A stretch of 60,000 bases of DNA from Mobula hypostoma (Eukaryota): NCBI RefSeq assembly GCF_963921235.1, contig NC_086097.1, positions 75,704,001 to 75,764,000 of the forward strand, given 5' to 3'. Numbering within the stretch: the first letter of the stretch is position 1; each line of letters begins with the position of its first letter. The notes under the pieces are model-generated. The model saw only the letters and a list, made by a program, of their open reading frames with translations. It was not told the DNA's origin and did no database searches. The translations under genes were made by a program, and so were the position numbers. Positions 12,516 to 25,050 of this stretch are shown one piece after another.

Positions 12516-14151
12516 TAGGGGGATAGCGAAAACTCCTAGTGAAAGTGGAGTGTGGTTAGAAATGTACGACTAATTGAGAGTGCATAAATGAAGTGATGCT
12601 TGCGTGGTGCCAAAAATTATCCTTTAGATTTGGAAGTTGGTATAGGATGCCATAATAATAGAATGGTATTAGCACAAAGAGAAGTCATTTCTGTCTTTTA
12701 AATCAATGCTAGCTGACTGCAGGAACAGTACAGTTAGTCCCACTCCTCCACCCTTTCTCTTTACCTTTACAATTCATTTTGTTCAGATTCAAATCCAGAA
12801 TTTTTTTGAAAGTCACAATTTAATCTGCCTCTATAACCTTGCATTTAAATGTTAACTACTCACTGCACTTATTTAGTAAGTTTCTTGATAATCACTAATG
12901 GGAACAAGTTCGTTTGCTCTATTGTAACTAGATCCCTAATGAATATCAGTTTTAAAACCCAAAGACTATGTTCAAGTCTCTTGCTCCAGGGGATATATCC
13001 CTTGTTCTCCAGCCATTTTCTCATGCCTGAAACCATTATAATAAATAAGTTTTGTAAACATTTCCTTCACCCTCTCCAATACCTTCACATCCTTGTAAGA
13101 GTACTTTGTCTAGATTTGGTTACATTACTCTATTTGTGACTGAGCCAGTGCTCTATGAAGGAGGCTCATAACTTCTGTTTTTATACTCCCTATATATGTG
13201 AAGCCTGAGATTTTTGACCTTGTAACCAATTTGTCTAACTGCTCTGCCACTTTCCAAAGATTGTAACATCTATCCAGCTCTCTGTTCCTGCAACCCCTTT
13301 AGAATTGTGCTCTTTATATTATTCTGCCCTTCCTTGTTTTTTCCTGTTAGATATCCCCATTTACATTAAAGTTTATCTACATGTTTGCTCATTCTACCCA
13401 CCTATCTGTCCTCTAGAAGTGTATTACTGTTCACTGTTCTTCCAAGCTTAGTGTTGACTGTATGTTTTAAAAAATGCCCCTGTATGTCCAAATTCAGATC
13501 ATTAGTATCAGTGAAAGCAGATCCCAGCAAAGATTTCTGGAAACACTTTATATGTTCCAATCCAAACAACAACCGTTTTCTTTTACTTAGATAATTTCTT
13601 CTCTCTGCTACCATCAACCTTTTTATTCCAAGAGCCCACCTACCACCACCTCCCCCATTCATTGGCACCTCCTCAGATATTACAGATTGGAATATTATTC
13701 TCAATGCCTCTCCATTTAACCTCTTGTGTTTATCAGCAACCTAATGTTCTGACTTAGTAGCATTAAAATACATGGAGCCTGCAGAGTACAGTTTTGTGAA
13801 GGAAATGACTCATAGTTTTCTAGTTGCATTTCAATTAATTGTGGAAGAGAACATTTGATGAAAGAAATGAATCAAGGGTGACAAGAATTTGCATTTTTTG
13901 AAACTATTTCTGTATTCCTTCTGGAGATCTAATCAGAAAAAATAGTGTCAATGATTTTTGGTTTATAAGAAGAGCTTTAGTTGGTGTAGAAACTTAAAGA
14001 ATAAATTTCAGATTGGCTTAGATGGCTGAAAGAATGACTGTCAATTATGGGATGTGATGGGCAGGGTGTGACTGCAGCCCATGTGTATTTTAAGTGGAGT
14101 AGGGTGAGATGTTAACATGTTAGAAGTTCTAAAGCCATGGAAGTTTGAATT

Positions 14152-14348
14152 AAAAATGGACAATGCTGGAAATGCCCAGCAGGTCAGGCAGCATCTGTGG
14201 TAAAATAAATGAAGTTAGTGTTTTAGTTCAAAGGCCTCTAATCAACATACTTAAACCTGCAAAAGGTCTCTGACCTGAAATGTTAGACTGTTTCTCTTTC
14301 TACAAATGTCGTGTAACTTGCTGGGTGTTTTCAACATGTTCCATTTTC
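14152..14348. mobile_element. Old, short palindromic PLE-terminus-derived element
   Basis: aaaatggacaatgctggaaatgcccagcaggtcag... imperfectly mirrored by ...cttgctgggtgttttcaacatgttccatttt; degenerate hammerhead-like cctgcaaaaggtctctgacctgaaatgtt. Confidence 0.6.
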
Positions 14349-16267
14349 ATTGATGAAGGAAAGGTGTAGGGTATTTTCAGTATTGATTGAGATGTGAACC
14401 CCTGTTGGATGATGACACAAGGAGTTCAACTGACTTCCTCGAACTGACACATATATGTTAAATATGGTGTGTTTGATTGAAGTTCAAAATGCTATTTATC
14501 TTGTTGTGAACATGGCTTGTGCTCTATTTAAGTTTTAAAAGCATCTTCTGAGAAAGCTCTTGCCACTAAAAGTGGTAGCAACCATTTGCTTGTAAAGGAT
14601 AGAACACTTAAAAGCAAGATTCCCATGTTAAATGTGTTAAAAAAATAAATTCTAAAGTAATACAAAATAGAAAATGTTGGAAGCATTCATCGGGTTGGGC
14701 AACATCTAATAAGAGTATAGTTGAGTTTTATCAGAAAAGAGAAAGCAAGTTTTATTCAGGAGAGAAAATGAGGGATAGATGGGTAGAACAAAGGGAATAT
14801 CTTTGGGGTGAAACCTGATGACTTAATGTGGCTGTTAAAATCAGATTAAGTTTCTTTGATTGTTTTCTGCATTTATTCTGCAATTTTGTGATTTTTTAAA
14901 AAATTTATAGCAAAATGGGGCAAAACAGTATCTGGCATTTATTTCTTTACCTAACTTTCTGATGAATCATTACAAATGGACATTGTGCATAACTGAATGT
15001 AATAGTTTCATCAACAAACCTTGGTACTACGTTGAAACTATAGTGCAATTATTGTGCTTCAATGTCTGATTTGCTATTGTCTAGAAAGCTCCTGAGGAAA
15101 AATCAGCTTTTAGGCTGTAGTTGAAAGAAGATTGCATACTTGCTTTTTGAAATGATTGATTTGGCTTCTGGGTTTCCTGGACTTGCTGTGAATTGATGTG
15201 ATTCATTTGAATATACCTAGTTTCATTGTAGTGCTACTCGCTCTTTAGGCAGAGCAGCCATGGACACAGTTAAACATAATTCATTATGGAAGGAATGAGA
15301 TACCAATATTAAGTTCTAATGGTTGATACTATTAATTGTATTGAGTGCTTGATGTTATTGTTTCTGGACAACCATGAATAATAATATATAAATTAGACTT
15401 TCAGGAAGAGAGAAATTAATACGAAACGAGTTAGAAAAAGAAACACTTATACCTGCAAGATGTCTTCCAGTGCATCCCCACTAAAAATGTGTTTTATAGT
15501 ATGTGGTCAATCCTGATAATGTTTGAATTGAAGCACAAACTTTTCACCCAAGATCTCAAAAGCAATACATTGATGAACAGATCATTTGATTTAGGTGCCG
15601 TTGATTTAGAGGTAATGATGTGAGAAATCTCTGCAGTAATTATTGGGATGGAGGTAGGTGTTGGAGAAGATAGAGAAATGTTCATGAAATGTAGAGAAGT
15701 GTTTTTATTTCAATCATTTCAGCCTTCCTAGTTCCTTGGCCCTCTACTCAAAGAGGTGTCACGTAGTGTTAACAATGTCATCTGCAGACTCTGCCTTACT
15801 GTTCCTTTCCTTTAATTAATGAAAATGACAGGCTAGAAATGTTCAGTTACTTGCCAAATAAATAGCTTTTCGTTATTGAATTCATTGCTAAACCTGACCA
15901 TATACTGTTATTGAATGTGGACCAAGGAGGCAGCTTGTTTTTCACATTATATAAAATCAGATGGGCAGTAACTACCCCCCTCCCCCGATGAAGTTTTTGG
16001 GGGAAAGATAGATTATTCAGTGGCCATTTGCTTTTTGTGATTTGAAAGTATTTTATGGTTTGAGAATTCCATTGTTTCCAAAGCACTAATTCCATAAGTC
16101 AGTTGCTTGGGTCAGTGTCATGATTTTACTGTAATATGGATTAATGACCAAACAAAACAATGCCTTTAATGTCAATTTGAACACACTAACATGTAAGAAT
16201 GTACAAATACTTGCCAAAAATTAATCATTCCTTGACTTGATATGATTTGTGATAGTCGAAAAAGGAA

Positions 16268-18682
16268 CAGTTGCAAGAGAAGTTTGTGAACTGTTACGAG
16301 AATACACATAAAATTAAGATGTTTGCTGGCCTGGGCTAGCATCAGTGGCATCAGCAGTTGGTCTGCCACCTGCCCTCAGGGGAAGGAGAGATAAGGAACA
16401 ATGGAGCAGCGTCTGGAGATGTGTAATGAAGGGATGTGGGAGGGAGAGCTGTCTGGAGCGGCTCCCCCCTTTGAACCCTGAACTGTTTGAAGTGATGGAC
16501 AGGCGATACCCCAGCAGGGGGATAAAAAGGGACAGGTTCGCTAAGACAGACACACACGCCACCCGAGGTAACGAGACCCTAGAAGCGGTGCGCCTCTCAC
16601 GAATGGGTGAGAAGCATCAGACAACGACAAGGGTGGAAAGGTACGATCAGCGGGAACCCGGTGTGTGTCCGCCCTTGCCTGGGTGCCGGGTTCACTGCAG
16701 AGGATCGACCGCATCTGGAGGAGGGGTCACAGTCGGTGACCTCAGGTGACATCACCAAGGACCCGCCAAAAGTTGCTTGTGAGCAATCTCGCTGATCTGT
16801 GAGTGAAGCCGTTCTGAATGATGAGTTGTTCCTGTTCTCTCTGTCTCTCTTCCCCCACGTTGTCCATCGCCATGGAAACGATTACTGCGAACTGAACTTT
16901 GAGTCATTTTGAAATTTGGTCATTTACCCCTAGACAACGATAGAGCTTGATTGATGCTGTTATCTTAATTCTGTGCACATGTGTGTTTATCATCACTGAA
17001 CTGTTGCATTTATTATCCTTTCGATTACTGTGTTGCTTGTTTCCTTAATAAAACTTTCTTAGTTCTAGTACTCCAGACTCCAACTGAGTGATCCATTTCT
17101 GCTGGTTTGGCAACCCAGTTACGGGGTACGTAACAGAACCCTTTGCAATTACCAGTTTCTCTGTATTAATTACTCATAAAATGTGTTCTCGTCTTCATCT
17201 GAGTCACAATAATTGACAAATATAATCTGCCTAAACTAATAACACGATTTCTCCTCGTCAACACTTAGTACACCATTTAAACAATCACAGTCTTGGTTCA
17301 AAGAAGTATGTGAACCTCTGGGGTAATGCCTTCTACAAGAGCTCTTTGGAGTCAGGTGTTCCAATTAATGAGATGAGAGTGGAGGTGTGGGTTGTAGAAG
17401 TGCCCTGCCCAATTAAAAAAAGATGCACGAAGTCAGGTTACTGACAGAGCCTGCTGTGCACAAGAAAGATCTGTTTACCGTGCTTCGATCAAAACAACTT
17501 TCAGAGGACTTTAAAAAAAATTGTAGAAATGCGATGCATGAAGCTGGAAAAGACTACAGAAGCATTTCTAATGACGTAAGTGTTCATTAGTCCACAGTAA
17601 AAGAAATTGTCTACAAATGGAGGAAATTCAGTAGTGTTGATATCTCCCTAGGACTGGACATTCTGTAAAGATCACACTAAGAGCACAACGTGCAGTACTG
17701 AAGGAGGTAAAAAAGAACTCAAGGGCAACAGCAAAAGAGCTATAGAAATCTCTAGAAATTGATAGTTTCTGTTCATGTGTCCCCTATAAGAAAAATATTG
17801 AACAAGAATGTTGTTCATGGAAGGACACCACAAAGGAAACCACTGCTCTGCAAAAAAAGACATTGCTGCATGTCTCAAGTTAGCAAAATATGTCCTGGAT
17901 GTTCCACAATGCTTTTGGGGCAATATTCTGTGGACAGATGAGACGAAACTTGAACTTTTTGGCAGAAATGGCATACCGCTATGTTTGGAAGATATAGGGC
18001 ACTGCACACCAACACCAACTGTAAAGCATGGTTTGGGGCTGCTTTGCTGCCTCAGGGCCTGGACAGCTTGCAATTGTTGACGGAATAATGAATTCAAAAC
18101 TCATTCAAGACGTTTTATAGGAAAATGTCAGAGTAGAGATCTGTCACCTGAAGCTTAATAGAAGTTGGATAATGCAACAAGATAGTGATCTGAACCACAG
18201 AGTAAATCAACATCAGAATGGTTTAAGAAGAAGAAAATTCATGATTTGGAATGACCAAGTTAGGATCCAGACCTTAACCCAACTGAGATGCTGTGGCATG
18301 ACCTGAAGAGGGCTGTTCATGCAAGGTATCCCAGAAATATTAATGAACTAAAACAGTTTTGTTTGGAGGAATGGTCTAAACTTCCTCCTCACTGTTGTGC
18401 AAGTCTGATCAGCAGCTACAGGAAGCGTTTGGTGGAGGTTATTGCTGCTAGAGGAGGTTTCACCAGTTATTAAATACAAGGGTTCACATACTTTTTTCAG
18501 CCTGGACTGTGAACGATTAAACAATGTGTTCGATAAAGGCATGAAAAGTACAATTGTTTATTATTTGTTTAAGCAGATTATGTTTTTGTTTATTATTTTG
18601 GCTTAGGTGAAGATCAGACAACATTTTATGAGTAATTAATGCAGAAAGCCAGCAAGGTTTCACAAACTTTTTCTTGCAGTTG
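16268..18682 (+). mobile_element. Tc1/mariner IR/DR-type DNA transposon with decayed DD34E transposase (about 17480-18473), interrupted by a solo LTR
   Basis: Long TIRs cagttgcaagagaagtttgtgaac..attactcataaaatgtg / acattttatgagtaat..ttcacaaactttttcttgcagttg|TA; inner DRs aagtatgtgaacc / ggttcacatactt; motifs ILWTDETKLELFG, MQQDSD and PDLNPTEMLWHDLK. Confidence 0.9.
16292..17135 (+). mobile_element. Solo LTR (844 bp), Gypsy/Ty3-like
   Basis: Termini TGTTACG...CGTAACA (7-bp inverted); 4-bp TSD gaac at 16288-16291 and 17136-17139; TATA-like gataaaa at about 16521; AATAAA at 17047-17052. Confidence 0.88.
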
Positions 18683-19901
18683 TACCTAGCAATGCAGTTT
18701 TCACTGAACATTTATCATTGCAAAAGTAAAACATATATTTCAATGAGAGGACATAGGATTAAAGTTATTTGGACCCAAGCTGGGCAAAAATCAAAGGCTA
18801 GAAGAGGGGAGAGGGAGCATACAGAGAATATAATTGGCCATCTCTTCCCCTCCATAGTAGTTAATTCTATTTACTTCGAATGTATCTTTGTTGTTCGGGT
18901 GTCTTGTCATCTGAATGTTACCCAATAATTTAGGAGGCAAAGTAAGAGAAGCAGAAACTGGAAAATGTTTATTGGTGAATGCATTCAAGAATCTGAAAGC
19001 TTGTTTATTCTCATCATTACCACTTCCAGAAATATTAAAATTCCTTTGTTCATTTCAGCTTCTTGTAACTATTAAGGGTTTCAAGTGGTTCATTGAGGCC
19101 CTTGTACTCCTTCACAAATCACATTCTTAGAAATTTGAGGAAATGGATTCATTAGAAGTGTCAGATAGGAAAAGCAAATGGTAAAGGACCTTTCTGTTAA
19201 AATTGAGTATGGTACTGACAATAGTCTGTAGGCATTTTGTAGCTGTTTATGGTATAGGAAGGAATTTTGACTTTGGCAACAAAAATATATTGCTGAATGT
19301 ATAAAGAAATAACTGCATTCCTACTTGCAAAGTTTTAAATGATGGTCAGGTCAACCATTTGTGGGGAGGGAAGTAGATAGCTTTTCACAGTAACAACCAT
19401 TTAAAATGATGAATCTGAAATGTAAACTTAAGCTGTTTGCACAGATTCTTTAGCTTTCATGAAATAATCTCTTAATGTAGAAAATAGTTTGCCAGTATTA
19501 ATTTACAGGTGGAAGGTATGCTAATTTAATGTTGTTTTCTACACCTTTTCAGTTTTATATGAGTACCACATATCAAAATTAGTTACAACTAGTTGGAACT
19601 CTCAGGGCCCCCACGTCTATTCAAATATCAGTTCTTTACGCATGTTTATAATTACTACAAATTATGTCTTAGTCATTGGTTGAATATTATGGTAATCCAC
19701 CATTCTACCAATATCCTGATTTCAGCCATATTTTTCTGAGGAAGTGCATAAGAATAATCGTTTACATTCTTCCCCAACTCTTGATATAGAACTATATTAA
19801 TGGAGACCTTAGTGTCAATAATTATCATTTATGAACTTTGGATGTTAATGGGAAGAAATTGTTGCTGGATATAAGAAAATGAATTTGCTGAGGTAAAAAC
19901 C

Positions 19902-19930
19902 CTAATATTTATTTGGCCTTCTTTTTGCAG
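19902..19930 (+). promoter_or_regulatory. Branch point, polypyrimidine tract and 3' splice site of the SPRED exon
   Basis: CTAAT at 19902-19906, about 25 nt upstream of the AG at 19929-19930, with a pyrimidine-rich tract between them. Confidence 0.7.
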
Positions 19931-20105
19931 TGATAGTTACTTTGCACGAGTGCGAGCAGTGGTGATGACCCGTGATGACTCGAGTGGAGGATGGGTACCA
20001 CTGGGAGGGGGCGGACTCAGCTGTGTCACTGTTTTTAAAGTTCATCTGGATGACTGTGCTCGCGATGATTTTCTTATCCATGGGGAAAGGCTCCGGGACA
20101 AAACA
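19931..20105 (+). CDS. SPRED1: SPRED-family internal coding exon (EVH1 domain N-terminal half), most similar to SPRED1 exon 2
   Basis: After 1 nt completing the upstream codon it reads [58 protein letters not shown], matching the SPRED signature [16 protein letters not shown]...GERLRDK. Acceptor ttggccttctttttgcag| and donor ACA|gtagga. Length is 175 nt (1 + 58 codons), the length and phase I recall for human SPRED1 exon 2. Confidence 0.93.
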
Positions 20106-20559
20106 GTAGGAAATACATTTTTTTTTACAATTTGTTTTAGTAACTTGTTGAAGCCAATGTTTAAATGATTATTAACATTGGGCAAAGGATGGAATAAAAT
20201 TATCCATACAACTTCATTTTTGTGTGGGTTGAATATTTCTGCACATATGAATATAATATTTGTGTATGTTCTGTGTTTATTTAATGCTATTTTGTTCCTC
20301 CCCTCCCCCGTTAAGTTATGGTTCCTCATCTTTAAAAAAAATTAAATGCTCAATGTTTTCAGAATTTTAATAAAACAACAAAAAGATTGTGTTATTTTTA
20401 ATATCTATACTGAACAGATGCAGAATATGCATTGCATGTTTTACTTGAGCTGAGCTTCCCTGCTGTGATCTTGGATTTCAATTTAGGATACTCTGATGCA
20501 GCATACTGTCAAAACCTCCTTCAGTTTCTTGAATGATTTGTTTTTTCACTTGGTTAAAA

Positions 20560-20825
20560 ATGAGCTTTATTCATCACATGTACATTGAACCATATAGTGA
20601 AATCTATCATTTACGTCAAATCAAATGGTCGCCACACTTCTGGCGTTGTCATAGCACCTCCACAACTCAGTAACTCTGACTGTGCATCTTTAGAATGTGG
20701 GAGGAAACCGGAGCACCCAGAGGAAACCCACATAGTCATGGGCAGAAAGTACAAACTCCTTACAGGCAGCAGCGGGGTCTGTCAGCTGGTGCTATAAAGT
20801 GATAAACAAATGCTACCATGCTGCA
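20560..20825 (-). mobile_element. V-SINE (HE1-like) copy
   Basis: Reverse complement has the V-domain-type gtgggtttcctctgggtgctccggtttcctcccacattctaaaga. Confidence 0.7.
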
Positions 20826-20984
20826 AACTAGGCTCAATACACCCAGTTTCCGGGAAAAAAATGCTTGTTATGAATTTTGCAGCACCTCACTGGGCGACCA
20901 TTATGCCAACAAAAGATTTTCAGATTTTGTTACCGATTTTTCAGCATCGTCCAGCCATCACCACTTTTTTTTTGTTATTTGGAC

Positions 20985-21560
20985 ATTGCCCATCACCTCT
21001 TGCACTTGAGAAGGTGACGATGAACTATCATTGTGAACCACTGCTGCCTTGCTTGTGAAGGTAATCACTGTAATAAAAGAGAGTGAGTTAATGCTTTCAA
21101 CGTGGCAATAATGAAGGAATGGCAAGACATTTCCAGGTCAGGTTGGTGTGTGACAGGGGAACCTCAAGAGGGTGCTATTGTCATGCCCCTGGAGATCTTT
21201 TCTCAATGTTAGAGGTTGCTGTTAAAGTAGCAAAGTGAATAACTGCAGTGCATTTTGTAGATTGTATACAGTCAAACCATTTTGTATAGTAGTAGAGGGA
21301 ATAAGCTTCCAAGGTGGCAGTGTCCTTGATTGGTGTAGAGCTTCCTAGTTGTCTGTACACCTTCATTCATTGTAGATGATATAAAGGTATTGAGTTGTCA
21401 GGTGGTGAGTTATTCATCACAGGATGCCTAGCTTCTGGCCCATTCCTGCAATATCGTCAGCAGTGAGCCCAAGATATTGTTACCAGCAGGCTCAATAATG
21501 GTGCCAACGGATGTCAATGATAGGTAGCTATGTTGTGTTATTGCAGAAGATGATGTCTGA
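20985..21560 (-). mobile_element. Highly decayed LINE-like remnant
   Basis: tgcccatc..ttgagaaggtg..tgaaccactgc pattern resembling the reverse complement of shark LINE 3' regions; no clean ORF. Confidence 0.35.
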
Positions 21561-22245
21561 CCAATTTACTGTGATTAATTCATTAATACCAAGCTTCTGT
21601 GTTAATTTAGTTTGATCGTTACTTTTTATTGAATTGTACCCTGTTCCCAGAAATTAGGCTCTTACTAATAAACAGTAGGATAGGTTGGGGTGGGGGTTGG
21701 GTTTATGAAGCAGTTGGTGAATGAGAAAGGTTCCACTCAACACTTATACATTATTATATTGATTTTTAATTTGGATTTTTGGTTTAAAATCATGGTCTTG
21801 ACAATGATTCCCGTGTCCTCTAAATGAGTGGGGAAAAATATCAGACTGGAGGTCTGTTCTGTTTAATTACTTTCATGATCCCATTCTACATAAATATAAA
21901 TCCCCATCCTGCTGATGGTTGATCTTTAACTTCCTAAACTTTTTCCAAGGTTAAAGTCCACTTAATTTTCTTACATCTTTGTTGTTTCACAGCTGTTTAA
22001 GATTTGTTAGTTTGCTTAAAGGTATCCTTGTAGCTGATTTTTGTGCCTCCTATTTACTAGGTATTCTTTTTGTTGTGCATAATGCTTGGTTTTCCACTAA
22101 ATTGCTATTTATTTTGAAAGAGTTTCATTCATCTTGTATAAAATAACTACTCGAGATACTCAGCAGGCCAAGTTACAGTGTTTTTTTTTCTTAACCTCTT
22201 CTCCTTCTATGATGTCCTAAACACTGAGCCCCTGCTACTTCTTCA

Positions 22246-23345
22246 TCAAGTCAAGTCAAGTCACTTTTTATTGTCATTTCAACCATAGCTGCTGGTACAG
22301 TACACAGTAAAAACGAGAGAACGTTTTTCAGGACCATGGTGCTACATGAACAATACAAAAACTACACTGAACTACGTAAAACAACACAAAATCTAACTAG
22401 ACTACAGACCTACCCAGGACTGCATAAAGTGCACAAAACAGTGCAAGCATTACAATAAATAATGAACAATAGGCACAGTAGAGGACAGTAGGTTGGTGTC
22501 AGTCCAGGCTCTGGGTATTGAGGAGTCTGATGGCTTGGGGGAAGAAACTGTTACATAGTCTAGTCATGAGAGCCCGAATACTTTTGCCAGATGGCAGGAG
22601 GGAGAAGAGTTTGTATGAGGGGTGTGTAGGGTCCTTCATAATGCTGTTTGCTTTACAGATGCAGCGAGTGGTGTAAATGTCTGTAATGGTGGGAAGAGAG
22701 ACCCCGATGAGCTTCTCAGCTGACCTCACTATCTGCTGCAGGGTCTTGCGATCCGAGATGGCGCAATTTCCGAACCAGGCAGTGATGCAGCTGCTCAGGA
22801 TGCTCTCAATACAACCTCTGTAGAATGTGGTGAGGATGGAGGGGTGGGAGATGGACTTTTCTCAGCCTTCACAGAAAGTAGAGACGCTGCTGGGCTTTCT
22901 TTGCTATGGAGCTGGTGGTGGGGGACCAGGTGAGATTCTCCGCCAGGTGAACACCAAGAAATTTGGTGCTCTTAACGATCTCTACGGAGGAGTCGTCGAT
23001 GTTCAGCAGAGAGTGGTCACTCCGTGTCCTCCTGAAGTCAACAACCATCTCTTTTGTTTTGTTCATATTCAGAGACAGGTTGTTGGCTCTGCACCAGTTC
23101 ATTAGCTGCTGCACCTCCTCTCTGTATGCTGACTCATCATTCTTGCTGATGAGACCCACCAAGGTCGTGTCATCGGTGAACTTGATGATGTGGTTCGAGC
23201 TGTGTGTTGTAGCACAGTGGTGGGTCAGCAGAGTGAACAGCAGTGGACTGAGCACACAGCCCTGGAGGGCCCCCGTGCTCAGTGTGATGGTGTTGGAGAT
23301 GCTGCTTCCAATCTGGACTGAATGAGGTCTCCCAGTCAGGAAGTC
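22246..23345 (-). mobile_element. Rex1/Babar LINE, 5'-truncated
   Basis: [60 protein letters not shown]; (TTGAC)n tail at 22246-22264. Confidence 0.9.
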
Positions 23346-23669
23346 ATATCCATTTATATGTGTAATTTCATTTGTTTCCAATATATTGTACATAGTCCCT
23401 CTCCCATTTCAAATGTGAGACTTTCATTTTACCTTGCTCATTCCCAGATTCTTCCCTTTGCACAACAGCTAGCCCATATTCTATATAGTCATTGCCTTCC
23501 TCCTTCCAACCCAGTACTCAAATCTATCACTTCTCTCAGTACTTATTGCCCTCAGTAATTTATCTAACTCTTGTATCCCTTACCATTTTCCTGTTGTTAA
23601 CCACAATTTCTTATTACTTCCACTATAATTTGTCCATGTCATAGAATTATAGATACAACACAGTAGCAG

Positions 23670-24060
23670 TCCCATTAAAAAGCATGCAAAAGAGATTTAT
23701 CTGGATATTCCCTGGAATGGAGGGCTGTTATGAGGAGAGATTAGATAGGCTGTGTATATTCTCAATGGAATGTAGGAGGCTGAGGGATGGCTTTGTAAAG
23801 TTTTATAAAATTATGAGGCATAAAAATAAAGCAGAATAGTCTTCTCCCTAAGGTAAGGCAGGGGCATCAGGATCAAGCACAGTTTAAGATGGAAGAGAAA
23901 TTTAAAGGAGAAGAGAGGATATGTTTTTCACACAGATAATGGTGGGCATCTGAGGCTAAAGGCAAATGTCATGTTGAAAAGGTACTGAGATAGGAAACGC
24001 CTCACAGTCAGCGTGGATGGACAAGGTGGGACTAAAGGGCCTATTTTTGTGCTGTGTGAT
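23670..24060 (+). mobile_element. Decayed CR1 3' end
   Basis: Homology to the CR1 ORF2 C-terminus (YEERLDRL..FSMECRRLR) and 3' UTR aagggcctatttttgtgctgt. Confidence 0.6.
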
Positions 24061-24069
24061 TTGTTTTGG

Positions 24070-24248
24070 GCAATTTGTAGTGGCAAGTTGACCTACCAGC
24101 TTGGATGTCTGTAGGATGTGGGTGAAGCCACACCACCCAGAGGAAACCCATGTGATTGTAGGGAGAATGTGGAAGCTCTACATGGACAGCACCCTTGGTG
24201 AGCATTGAACGCAGGGCCTTGGTGTTGTGAGGCAGCATCTGCGCCACA
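24070..24248 (-). mobile_element. V-SINE fragment
   Basis: cccagaggaaacccatgtg V-domain motif; tRNA-like head at the right end. Confidence 0.6.
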
Positions 24249-24405
24249 TTTTATACTAGCTATTGTGATGCTCCAGATATACTCAAACCACAAAATTCCT
24301 TAGCCTTTAATGACTCATCAGACATTATTTTGTTTCAATCCACTTCATGATCCATTCCCCTAAATCGTTTCATAACAATGTAAAACCTGCACCCATCCTG
24401 ATAAT

Positions 24406-25050
24406 AAGCACAGGAGACTCTGCAGGTATTGGAAATTCAGAACAACACACACAAAATGCTGGAGGAACTCAGCAGGTCAGGCAGCACCTTTGAGAATCAA
24501 TAAACTGTCAACTTTCAGGCCGAGGCCCTTCATCAGTATTGAAAAGGAAATGAGAAGAAGCCAGGCCACGATGAGCTGGAGCAGCAGCACCTCATATTCT
24601 GCCTGGGTAGCCTCCAACCTGAGGGCATGAACAACGATTTATCTTAACTACCAGTAATTTTTCCTCCTTCCCCTTCCCTCCTCAATGCCCCACTCTGCCC
24701 CTACCCCACCTCTTCTCTTCTCCTAATCTGCCTATTACCTACCCCTGGTGTCCCTCCTCCTTCCTTTTCTCCCATTGTCCACTTTTCTTTCCTATCAAAT
24801 TCCTTCTTCTCTAGCCCTTTACCTTTTCTCCTCTCAGCTTCTTACTTTATTTCCCCTGTCCCCCATCCACCTGGCTTCATCTATCGCCATCTAGCTTGTG
24901 CTCCTTCCCCTCCCGCCACCTCCTTAATCTTGCTTCTTCCCCCTTCCTTTCCAGTCCTGATGAAGCGCCTCAGCCCAAAATATCGACCGTTTATTCATTT
25001 CCATGGTAGCTGTTTGACCTGCTGAGTTCCTCCAGCTTATTATGTGTGTT
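24406..25050 (+). mobile_element. 5'-truncated Penelope-like element with inverted 5' pseudo-LTR
   Basis: 15-bp perfect TSD acccatcctgataat (24391-24405, 25051-25065); inverted terminus 24406-24565; direct part encodes LEQQHLIFCLGSLQPEGMN; hammerhead-like motifs at about 24505-24540 (-) and 24952-24990 (+, degenerate). Confidence 0.88.

Noticed and set aside
16345..16749. 134-aa ORF
   Set aside because: Lies wholly within the solo LTR and has no recognisable motif
19950..20168. 72-aa ORF as a standalone gene
   Set aside because: It is the SPRED exon read through the splice donor; similarity stops at 20105
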